Of a stretch of DNA of 64,000 bases, positions 48,138 to 59,700 are shown in pieces; the stretch's first letter is position 1; the number at the start of each line of letters is the position of its first letter. The notes below the pieces were generated by a model that saw only the letters and a list, made by a program, of their open reading frames with translations, did not search any database and was not told the origin of the DNA. This DNA is from Centroscyllium fabricii (taxonomy: Eukaryota). The stretch lies in contig JBNRSN020000007.1 of NCBI GenBank assembly GCA_051313645.2, positions 98,766,001 through 98,830,000 of the forward strand, given 5' to 3'. The translations under genes were made by a program, and so were the position numbers.

Positions 48138-48531
48138 AGAAGAAAGAATTTGCATTTTAAAGCACCCTATCATATTACTTAAAAAATCCCAAAGTCCTTT
48201 GGTATTTGGCAAATTCAGTAACATTTTGCATACTGCCCAATCTCACTAATAGCACTGCGCTGAGATAAATGATTGGTTAATCTGTCTTTGGTGGCTTTGG
48301 TTAAAAGAGAAATGTTTGTCAGGACACTTGAATGATCCCCCTGCTCTTCTTCAAATAGTGCAATGAGATCTCTAACATCTACATGAACCACCAGAACAGA
48401 CAGACAGGATAGGCCTTGGTTTAATGTCTTAACCAAAGGATAGTTCCAAAAGATTGTGTGCTTGAGTTCTAGAATAGGTCTTGAATCAATGATCTTCTGA
48501 CTCTGAGGCAAGCGTGTCACTGACTGAGCCA
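48138..48531 (-). mobile_element. Old DeuSINE-like (SacSINE1/AmnSINE-related) SINE
   Basis: ccctgctcttcttcaaatagtgcaatgagatct Deu-domain-like core; tggctcagt A-box head at the right end. Confidence 0.55.
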
Positions 48532-49879
48532 AGCAGTAACCCAATACAGGATAAGCTTTTGGGGTGGCAGACAGTTTGTGACCATGCCAACTGCTGCATG
48601 GTGCTCAACCTCTTTTATAAAGTGTAGGAAAAGGCAAGAAAAGCTTTCAGAGAGATAATTACCACCACCGGGTCTGCTCCACCTACTGAATACCTCACAT
48701 TTCTGGGAAGATGTTTGCTGTTCAGAAAAAAAGTTTCAACTATTTTTTAAACAATTTTATCCAATCCGATTGATGTAGCAGGACTAACATGCACAGGCTC
48801 TCATTCATATTTTCCTCAGGACCGAGCACTACACTTTTAAACTCTACCAGATTTTGCTATCTTTACTTAAAAGCTGCTTCTTGCTAACTCATTTAAATTC
48901 ATAAAGCAACATGATTCATATCCGACACAAAATGTTTTATTTTCCTCGCGGTCAATTAAAGCAACTCTTCAGTGTAGTTTATTTAAGTTACTGGCAATGT
49001 TTTATGCATGTACAGTGTAGCTTTAAGGGGCTGCTCAAAGCTCCAACAGAATGATGTCATTAGCTCCTCTTGCGAGCTTCCTTGCTTTCCAGTTACTAAC
49101 TTCAGGGTTGGAATTTCCACCGTACATGGAAATATAATCTAAAGGTAATTAATTATAATTTGACAGACCTTGAAGAAAAATGAAAATTTTCCATCCTAAC
49201 CTAACCTTAAGGATATTTTTCCCCTTTCGGCAGTTGTGGTTTACCCTCAAACCTTTTAGTACTGTTACTGTTTAGAGAAGATTCCTTAAGTTTTTAAGCG
49301 ACCCTTTCTTCAGCAGAGTAAAACTAAGTCAGTGAGCAACTTTACTTGTGGTGACTGTCCTGACAGTTGAGCTCCTTTAGTTCAGTGTAAGATTTGTGTA
49401 TTACTATCCTCTTTGGGTGCTGTTATTCACTGCCATGTTGACAACAGCTTTATGGCACAGCTGAATTCTCTTCTTAATCTCATTCATAGATATAACATAC
49501 TTGCGAAATTTCCAGAAGTTTCAAACAAATTGAACCAAAGCATTAGTTCAACAACGAGACATGAGAAGCCTATTTTTTTTGCTCACTTTATCTGTGAGGG
49601 CAGCTTTTGGATATAGATATGGATATGAAGGTAAGTGAATTTTGTTGATTTTGATTTTCTTGTGGTTTTGAGGGAATTGATAGGTGTTGGAGAATTTTTC
49701 ATTTAATTGCAATTTTCTCTTTTTTTTCTGAAACCATTGATTTCGCTGATGTGCTGTTGCATTGATGTCAGCAGTCCTCTGGTCTCTCATGCAACTGGCC
49801 ATTCTGTGGGGTACTACAATTGGGGCTCAGGATCTCTCCCTTACTGAGTTCAGCTAACTCAGCACAGACTGGGAATCTG

Positions 49880-52260
49880 TTGGGGTGGGGGGTTGAGGCG
49901 GGGGGGTGAGGGGTTGAGGTGGGGGCTTGATGCAGGGGTGGAGGGGGTTGAGGCGGAGGGGTGGTGGTTTGAGGTGGGGGGGTGTGGGGGGTGGAGGTTT
50001 GAGGCGGTGGGTGTGGGGTTGAGGCGGGGGGTTGAGGCGGAGGGGTGTGGGGTTGAGGCGGGGGGTTGAGGCGTGGGGGATGGGGGTTGAGGTGGGTGGT
50101 TGAGGAGGGGGTTGAGGGTGGGGGGTGGGGGGGTTGAGGTGGAGGGGTGGGGGGTTGAGGGTGGGGGGTGGGGGGGGTTGAGGTGGAGGGGTGGGGGGTT
50201 GAGGTGGGGGGTTGAGGGGCGGTTGAGGCGGAGGGGTTGGGGTTGAGGCGGGGGGTGGGGGGTTGAGGTGGGGGGGTTGAGGGGGGGTTGAGGCGGAGGG
50301 GTTGGGGTTGAGGCGGGGGGTTGAGATGGGGGCGTTGAGGAGGGGGGTTGAGGCGTGGCGGTGGGGGGTTCAGGGGGTGGGGGGTTGAGGCGGAGGGTTG
50401 AGGACGGGGTTGAGGGTGGGGGATGGGAGGTTGAGGCGGAGGGGTGGGGGTTGAGGTGGAGGGGTTGGGAGGGTGGGGAGATGAGGTGGAGGGGTTGGGG
50501 GTTGGGGGGTTAAGGCGGAGGGGTTGGGCGGTTAAGGCGGAGGGGTGGGGGTGGGGAGTTGAGGCGGAGGGGTTGGGGAGTGGGGGTGGGGGTTGAGGTG
50601 GGGGGGTGTTTGGGGGTTGAGGCGGAGGTGTTGGGAGGGTGGGGGGTTGAGGCGGAGGGGTTGGGAGGGTGGGGGGTTGAGGCGGAGGGGTTGGTCTTGA
50701 GGCGGGGTGGCCGGTTGAGGAGGGGGTTTGGGGGGGTGGGGGTTTGGGGGGGTTGATGCAGGGGTGGAAGGGGTTGAGGCGGGAGGTGCGGGGGGTGAAG
50801 GTTTGAGGCAGTGCGTGTGGGGTTCAGGCGGAGGGATGGGGGGTTAAGGTGGAAGGGTGGGGGTTTGGGGCGGAGGGGTTGGGGTTTGAAGTGGAGGGGT
50901 GGGGGGTTGAGGCAGAGGCGATGATGGTTGAGGTGGGGGGGTTGGGGGGTGGGAGATTAAGGCGGAGGGATGGTGGGTTGAGGTGGGGGTTGAGGAGGGG
51001 GGTTGAGGCGGGGGTGGGGGTTGCAAAGGGGGGTTGAGGAGGGGTGTGGGGGTGGGGGTTTGGGGGGTTGAGGCGGAGGGATGGGGGGTTGAGGCCGGGG
51101 TGTTGGGGGGGGTTGAGGTGGGGGTGGGGGGTTGAAGAGGAGGTTGAGGAGGGGGGTGGGGTTGAGGTGGAGGGGTGGGGGGTTGAGGCGGGGGATGGGG
51201 GTTGGGGGGTTGAGGCGGAGGGGTGGGGGGTTGGGGCCGGGGTGTTGAGGCGGGGGTGGGGGGTTGAAGAGGAGGTTGAGGAGGGGGGTGGGGTTGAGGT
51301 GGAGGGGTGGGGAGTTGAGGCGGGGGGTGGGGGTTCGAAGGTGGGGGTGGGGGGTTGAGGCCGGGGTGTTGGGGGGTTGAGGCGGAGGGGTGGGGGGTTG
51401 AAGCGGGGGCGTGGGGGGTTGAGGTGGATTGGGGTTGAGGGTTGAGGTGGAGGGGTTGGGCGGTTGAGACCGAGGGATTGGGAGGGTTGAGCGATTGAGG
51501 CGGAGGGGTTGGAGTTTGAGGCGGAGGGGTTGGGGGTGTGGTGGTTAAGGCTAAGGGGTGGGGTGTTGGGGCATGGATGTGGTAGGTTGAGGCGGAGGGG
51601 TGGGGGGTTGAGGCGGAGGGGTTGGGGGTTGAGGTGGTGGGGTTGGGGGTGGGGGGTTAAGGCGGGAGTGTTGGAGGTTGAGGCGGATAGGGAGGGGGGT
51701 TGAGGCGGGGTTTGGGGTGTGGGCAGTTGAGGCGGAGAGGTTGGGGGCGTGGGGGGTTAAGGCGGAGGGGTGGGGGGTTTTGGCGGGGGGTGGGGGTTGA
51801 GGCGGGGGATGGGGGTTGAGGCGGGGGTGGGGGTTGAGGCGGGGGGGTTGAGGCAGGGGGGTTGAGGCACGGGGTGGGGGGTTGATGCAGGGGTTGGGGA
51901 TGGGGTTGTGTGGGTGAGGGGGGAGGTGGGCCGGGGTTGTGGGTGGGGTTGGGGATGGGGGTGTGTGGGGGGCTTGGGGGGTATGGGTGGTGTTTGGGTG
52001 GGGTGCTGTTGGGTTTGGTATGGGGGTTGTGTGGGTGGGGGGTGGTTGGGTGGGCGGGGTGGCTGGTGGTGGGGTTGGGAATTGTGTTTGGAGGGCTGGG
52101 AGGGGGCTGGAGATTGGGGTATAGACGGGTTGGGGTGGGGGAGTTGCGGTGTGGGTTTTTGGGGTGGGGGTTGTGGGAGGAGTGATTGGGGGTTTTCGGG
52201 TGGGGGGGTGTGGAGAGCATGGGGGATGTACCGAGAGTCTCGCAGCTGGTGGGGAGGGGG
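49880..52260. repeat. 2.4-kb G-rich degenerate tandem repeat (ggggttgaggcgga-like)
   Basis: Continuous G-runs on the + strand. Confidence 0.92.
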
Positions 52261-54927
52261 CCCAGGTCAGTAGAGGCCCGGGGCCCCTATAAAGCCTGAA
52301 GGAGCCGTTCTGCAGGTCGGAATCCTCTGAATTAGAGCTGAGTTGGACTGTTGAATTTCACTGGAGCAGAGTGAAGATTTCTGTGACAAATCTTAGCCTT
52401 GGTGTCTTGTAACGGGAAATGATTTTTGCTCTCTCGCGCTTGCTTATATACCAACGATTCAGATTTAATACTAAAGAAAACCACATGCTTATGTGTAGAA
52501 TTATATTAAAACCCAACAGTTAAGGGTGCTAATTGATAGGATTGCTAGCTCTTTGCTTTCTTGTCCAGTGCTTTGGGATTTGTTGCTTTTCCATTCAACT
52601 CCAGCTTGATGAATTGCCAAAGGGTGATTAGCTAAAAGTTAGTTGTAAAATATTTTTGATTGAACACAGCTGAGATGTATTGAGGTTATAAAGCTGTGAT
52701 GTTTTAATGAATTAACATGAGCATCAAGTGCCACCAGGAGGTTCAGGAATATAGGAAAATGAGAAAAATAAAAGCTTTGGAAAGCTGACTGACTAACAGC
52801 AATTGATTTTAAAATGTCTTTTTCAGTACAGGCAGGTTGGAAAACTGCAATCAATTCCATCCAGGTCGTTTTCAACAAGTAATCTGATTCTTTCCAATGG
52901 GAGGAAAAATGCTTCAACCCATAATTTAATTACCTAACTGATAAAATATTTCTTAGGATGGGGGCGGAAACAATAATTAACAACTAAAATTCACAAAATC
53001 ACTTATCTGACTACAACACAGGAAGCGCTATAAAAATGCTAAAATATAGTTGGTGAGATCTTGGATAAACCGTGGCAGTGATTTGCTCTCATGTGTGTTT
53101 CCTTCCCAGACTTTGAATTGGTTAATGTCATGATGGTTTCAAGCTTTGACCTGGTCTTGTTTTTCATTCAGAATATTGCTGTCCATTATTCCCTTTGTAT
53201 GCTTTCTAACATTTTGCTGTTAAGATTTGTTATAACTAGCCACAATTTATTTACATTTGTGTTGTTCAAATGCTCAAAGTCATAAGAGCTGGAGCTCTAT
53301 TGCTCCTTGCCAAAACTGCACACATTTGAATCCAAAGCAAGTCTGCCACTCAAACCTCATCGCTGCCTCTGCTGGGAATGGCTTTTTCACCTGTTTGCAA
53401 GGCTATATGAGGAGAGTGTTAATGGGGCAGGATGCTTCATCTGCAGAGTATTAGTGAGAGTCAGTGTTAACCCTTGTTGAGGTAAACTCAGAATAAGCTC
53501 CTCGTCTCTCGATGGATGACCATCTTCAGAGTTCATGAAGCTGTTAGTTCCTATAAGCAGAAACATGACCTTCCAATATAGGTATATCAACTTCTATTTT
53601 CTAAAGGGGAGACTATAGTCTTCTGAAGAGCACAGTTTTGATGATTTATTTTGTGTGCAAACACATTATGGAGTACCAAAGCATGTTAAATCTATCATCA
53701 TCAAGTTCATGTGATGTTATGATGAAAATGACAGATGGTAGCTTTTCTCTTTCTGGAAGCCAAAAAAGATTTGCCAAATCTTTTCATGAGGAAAACAGAG
53801 CTCCTTTAATTAAAGTCTAGTATTCCCCTAGCTTTTCCTTCCATTTTGTAACTTCTGCCCTGCTACACAAAAATCTGTGTCAAGAGCTCGAAGTTCCAGT
53901 GAGGCTGTCCTTAGATAGTAAATACCATTGTGGAATGGTTAATGTATGAAATCAATTTCCTAAGATTCCAACATTAATTTGACACAGACTACAATAGTAG
54001 AAATCAATAATTTTCTCCCCCAAAAAGCTGTGGATGCTGGTACAATTTGAACTTTCAGGACTGAGGTCGATAGATTTTTGTTACGTAAGAGTATCAAGGG
54101 ATTTGGCGCTAAGGTGGGTGACGTATCGTCAATTAAGACACAAAGGCGAATAGTTACCTCAACTAAAGGCTTTTATTAACTATAAATGGAGCTGGTCTCC
54201 GGATGAGGTTAAGACGGTGAATGAACGGGGGATGGTCAGCAAGCCACCTATGCACTCTGACCTGAGGGGAGGAGTTAGAGGTGGGGCAGTTCCTGCCGTC
54301 AGGTATTTACAGATATACATGTATGTGACCAGTAATGCTGTCAGGTCATTACTGGTGTGGACATTATATACAGATGGTAAATACGCATATACCACATTCA
54401 ACCCTTCTTTAAAAATGAGTCCGGCGGGGTGAACGTGCGTTAACACAGTTGGCAATTTAACCTTCTGTGATCAGTCTCTCGGGTGGCTGTGTCTGCCTGA
54501 GGGACCGACGGGGTGCCGGTGATGATGGTTCTGGTCGCGGGGTCGGGGTCGTGTTGTCCGCCAATGGTGGCAGCAGTGCGATGTCCGACCTCTGTTCGTC
54601 GGCCGTTGATGTCGAGGGTGTGTGTATGGGGGCCAGTGTTCTGTGGGTGGTAGCTGGTGGAGCTGAGGCTCAACCGGGGGTTCCGTGATCGTGGTCCCGG
54701 CGGGCGCCAGGTCCCTGATTGAGACCGTGTCTTCGCGCCCGTCCGGGTATGCCAGGTACGCATATTGCGGGTTGGCGTGGAGCAGGTGCACCCGTTCCAC
54801 CAGGGGGTCCGTCTTGTGGCCGCAGACATGCTTCCTAAGCAAGACTGGCCCCGGGGTGGTCAGCCACAGTGGGAGCGCTGTCCCCGAAGTCGATTTCCTG
54901 GGGAAGGAAAACAATTGTTCGTAAGGT

Positions 54928-56384
54928 TCAATTCAATTCAATTCAATTCAAGTTTTATTGTCATTCCAGAGTACTAGTACAATACAACGATATGAAGACT
55001 CGACGCTCCCGAGAGTAGTGCAAATAAATTACATGCAAATTGCATACAGTAAAGTACATTTTCAGGTGTGCAGGTACCGAAGTTTATTTTTAGAGTTCAG
55101 GAGGCTGACAGCCCTGGGGAAGAAGCTGTTCTTAAATCTAGTCGTGCGGGTGCAAATTGATCTGTAGCGTCTCCCGGAGGGCAGGGGGGCGAACAGACTG
55201 TGGCTAGGGTGTGTGGGGTCTTTAATAATGTTCAGAGACCTCCGTCGGCAGTGTTTGAGGTAGATGCTTTCCATTGACGGTAGCTGGGTACCGGTGATTC
55301 GTTGGGCAGTTTTGAATACCCGCTGCAGGGTCTTCCGGTCCGAGATGGTGCAATTTCCATACCAGACTGTGATGCAGCTTGTCAGTATGCTTTCGATTGT
55401 GCAGCGGTAGAAGTTGGAGAGGATGCCGGATGACAGCCTGGCTTTTTTCAAGCTTCCTTAGGAAGTACAGGCGCTGTTGGGCCTTCTTAACCAGAGAGGA
55501 GGTGTTTAGTGACCAGGAGAGGTCTTCCGAGATGTGGACACGGAGGAACTTGAAGCTGGACACCCTTTCCACCTCAGTCCCTTGGATGAAGATGGGGGTG
55601 TGTCTTCTGCTTCCAGTCCTCCGGAAGTCCACTATGATCTCCTTAGTTTTCTTGGTGTTCAGTGCCAGGTTGTTGTCGGCACACCATCCCACAAGGCGTT
55701 GGATCTCATCCCTGTAGGCTGACTCATCGTTGTTGGTGATCTGGCCAACCACCGTGGTGTCATCCGCAAACTTGATGATCGTGTTGGAGCCATGGACAGC
55801 CGCACAGTCGTGAGTGAAGAGGGAGTAGAGGAGGGGGCTCAGCACACAGCCTTGTGGGGCCCCCGTGTTCAGGGTAAGTCGGGGGGAGGTGAGGTTGCCT
55901 AACTTCACAGATTGTGGTCTGTTGGTTAGGAAGTCCAGGGTCCAGTTGCAGAGGGAGGTATTCAGGCCGAGGGTGAGGAGTTTGTTAGACAATTTGCTGG
56001 GGACGATGGTGTTGAAAGCTGAGCTGTAGTCAATAAACAGCATTCTGATATACGTATCTTTGCTATCCAGGTGGTTTAGTGCAGAGTGAAGAGCTGTAGT
56101 GATAGCATCTTCCATAGATCTGTTCCCACGGTAGGCGAACTGGTATTGGTCCAGGGCGGCGGCGATGCTGGCTTTGATGTGGGCCAGGACCAGCCGCTCG
56201 AAACACTTCATGATAATGGGTGTAAGTGCGACAGGGCGGTAGTCGTTCAGGCACGTCACGGACGTTTTCTTGGGCACAGGGATGATGGTGGCGGTCTCGA
56301 AACAGGTAAGGACAGCTGCCTTCGCCAGTGACAGGTTGAAGATGTCAGTGAAGGCTTCAGCCAGTTGGTCGGCACATTCTTTGA
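54928..56384 (-). mobile_element. 5'-truncated Rex1/Babar-like LINE inserted into the integrase of F
   Basis: RT motifs [46 protein letters not shown]; (ttgaa)n tail; the F frame rejoins as NAT-PYEQLFSF. Confidence 0.9.
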
Positions 56385-58353
56385 GTGTGGCATTGGTAGC
56401 AGTACACAGCAAAGAGCGGATGGAATGGCGCGCGTCGGGGAGGACCTGCTGCCAACGCGATACTAGAAGGCCTCTGGACTTCAGGGCCAGGGTGACCGCC
56501 CTCCAGATCGTCCCGTTCTCCCTTTCTACCTGGCCGTTCCCCCGGGGGTTGTAACTGGTCGTTCTGCTCGAGGCAATCCCCTTCTGGAGCAGAAACTGAC
56601 GCAGCTCATCGCTCATGAACGATGACCCCCGGTCGCTGTGGATGTAGCTGGGGAGACCGAAAATGGCGAACAGCGTGGTGAAGTGTTTGATCACCGTTGC
56701 GCTCGTCATATCTGGGCAGGGGAAGGCAAAGGGGAAGCGGGAGAACTCGTCGAAAACCGTGAGGAAATACGAGTTGCGGTCAGTGGAGGGGAGGGGACCT
56801 TTGAAGTCCACACTCAGGTGCTCGAAGGGGCGGGTGGCCTTGATGATGTGCGCCCTGTCTGGCCTGTAAAATTGGGGTTTGCATTCAGCGCAGACAGGGC
56901 ACTCTTTGGTCACAGCCTTGATCTCCAAGCTGGAGTAGGGGAGGCTACGAGACTTCACAAAGTGGGCAAGTCTGGTGACACCCGGGTGGCAGAGGCGATC
57001 GTGGAGGTCCTGCAGGAGGTCAAGCTGGGTGCTGGCGCACGCTCCCCTGGACAGTGCGTCCGGGGGCTCGTTGGGCTTACCTGGCCAGTAAAGAATTTCA
57101 TACTCGTAAGTCGAGAGCTCGATCCGCCACCGAGGGATTTTATCATTCTTAACTTTACCCCGCTGTTTAGTGTTAAACATAAACGCCATCGACCGTGGGT
57201 CGGTGAGTAGGGTAAATCTCTTACTGGCCAGGTAGTGGCGCCAGTAGCGCACTGCCTCCACAATAGCCTGGGCCTCCTTTTCAACTGCGGAGTGGCGAAT
57301 TTCGGGTCCCTGTAGGGTCTGGGAGAAGAATGCTATGGGCCTGCCCGCCTGGTTGAGGGTGGCGGCGAGGGCAAAGTCCGATGCGTCACTTTCCACCTGG
57401 AAGGGGATGGACTCCTCAACGGCGTGCATGGTCGCCTTGATGATGCCTTCCTTGATCTGGGCGAATGCTGTTTGGGCATCTGCCGGGAGTGGGAAGACGT
57501 CGGCCTTGAGGAGAGGTCTGGCCTTATCCGCATACTGGGGAACCCATTGTGCGTAGTAGGAGAAAAACCCCAGGCATCTCTTCAGGGCTTTGAGATTGTG
57601 GGGTAAGGGCAGCTCCTGCAGGAGACGCATACATTGGGGATCGGGGCCGAGGACCCCGTTTTCCAGCACGTAGCTGAGGATGGCTAGCCGGTCCGTACTA
57701 AAGACGCACTTGTCCTTATTATACGTCAAGTTCAGCCGTTTGGCTGTGTGAAGGAATTTGGTGAGGTTGGCATCGTGGTCCTGCTGGTCATGGCCGCAGA
57801 TGGTCACGTTGTCCAGGTAGGGGAAAGAGGCCTGCAACTCGTTTTGCTCAACCATCCGGTCCATCTCCCGTTGGAAGACCGACACTCCGTTGGTCACGCC
57901 GAAGGGGACCCGGAGGAAGTGGTAGAGCCGGCCGTTTGTCTCGAAAATGGTGTACCGGCGGTCGGAATTCCGGATGGGGAGCTGGTGATATGCCGACTTG
58001 AGGTCAATTGTGGAGAAGGCCTTGTACTGGGCGATCTGGTTTACCATATCCGAGATGCGGGGGAGGGGGTAGGCGTCGAGCCTGGTGTAGCGGTTAATCG
58101 TCTGGCTATAGTCTATGACCATGCGCAGTTTCTCGCCTGTCTTAACCACCACGACCTGGGCCCTCCAGGGGCTGGTGCTGGCCTCAATGATCCCTTCCTT
58201 TAGCTGGCGCTCGACCTCCGATCCGATAAACGCCCTATCCCCTGCACTGTACCGCCGACTTTTGGTTGCAATGGGTTTGCACTTGGGGTCGAGGTTGCCG
58301 AACAGAGATGGGGGGGGTCGACTTTTAGTGTGGACAGGCCACAAGTCGAGCAC
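55222..58353 (-). pseudogene. pol: Chimeric 1043-codon ORF: Gypsy RT, RNase H and integrase core fused in frame to a LINE RT
   Basis: Junction ...CTATNAT|[10 protein letters not shown]... at about 56384. Confidence 0.8.
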
Positions 58354-59700
58354 TGCGTTAGGTCGGGACAGTCCCGGTTACTGACGGTGAGGGGGGCCAG
58401 GGACCCACCGTATTCCATCGTCACACTCTTCAGGTGACACTGGAAATCCAGTCCCAGTAATAATGGGGCACACTGCTGCGGGGGAACGTACAACTTAAAA
58501 TTACGGTAGGTGCAGTCCCTGACACGTTTACCACAGTGGGTAAATGGAATAGAGGTACAAATCAGCCATGATCTAAGTGAATGAGGGAACAGATTCAAGG
58601 GGCTAAAGGCATCATTGTTTTGTTTGCGTGTGTCTGTGCGTCTATTTTGCCTCACATACTTGGATATTATTGAGTATGCTGAGTTTTTTATTGATCTGCT
58701 GAGTCATTGGTGCTGAATTTCTTCAATGTATCCTCCTTTGAAAACTGGGGTCTGAACATTGGACATGTCCTGTGTGTTTCAGAACAACAGAACATTTGCA
58801 ATCTTATATTAATTGATACATTTAGGTTGAGTTGTTTTTTGTGCTCATCTAAGTGAGGGATGCATTGCAAGGATCTCGAACACTTTTCCAGGTTTGCAGT
58901 CAGTCGCAACATTAGCATGGACAGATATAGGTTAAAGCTCCTTCTACTCTGTTGCAGCAACGTATCTTAATCCAACCTTCTGGAGAGGAGAGGCAAGAAA
59001 AATGTGTCAATAAAAAGTGCTGAGAGACATGAATAATGTAAGCTATTGGACTTATGCTCTGAGTGAAGAAAGCGAGGACACAGGCTTAAAATTACTATGC
59101 CTCACATATTGGATGAAATCTGGGCCCATAATTCTGATTAGTAAGCCTCGATAGAACTCTCACCAGCTAAGAGTTGTGAGAATTCCGTGAAGGCCCCAAG
59201 TAGGACCTCAGACTTTATGCAGCCAATGGCAATCGATTTCAATCTTGCCTTAAAAATCACATTACATGCTTTCTTAGGAATTGGACATTTTTACCACCTA
59301 TGGAAGAGCATCTGTGGGCCACTCCGCCATAAAATGGTAGATTGGGGTGGCCACCTCTGAAGTGCCTTTTTGCATGTTGGCGGCCCACACCAACTGTGAA
59401 AATGGCTCTCTTGCTGCAATTTGGGATGGGACCTACGGCTATTAATCTGGGCAGCAGCGAGGCCCACCTCACCGCATTTGCGCTGGCAAAAAAGAATCCA
59501 TTGGAATCTTGGCCCCTGCCCCTCTTTGTATTCCCCAAGTATATACACACAATTGGAAATGTGGAACAAACTCCAAGCAAAAGCAGTTGAGGCTGAATCG
59601 CTTAACTTTAAAAAAAAGAGCTAAATAAATATGATACAAAAACAAAATACTGTGGATGCTGGAAATCTGAAATTCTGACGAAAGGTCTTCGACCTGAAAC

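Larger units (their letters stand above)
54119..58535 (-). mobile_element. Gypsy element F (YLDN family); 3' LTR 54119-54396; gag and almost all of the 5' LTR deleted; inserted in a CR1 3' end
   Basis: Perfect TSD gtggg (54114-54118 / 58536-58540); only about 11 nt of the 5' LTR (tgtggtaaacg) abut the protease region. Confidence 0.9.

Noticed and set aside
50559-52273. Gly-rich and Pro-rich ORFs
   Set aside because: By-products of the G-rich low-complexity tract.
52820-52885. Possible host exon (also candidates near 40262 and 46150)
   Set aside because: Only AG/GT boundaries; no recognisable protein similarity or consistent exon chain.
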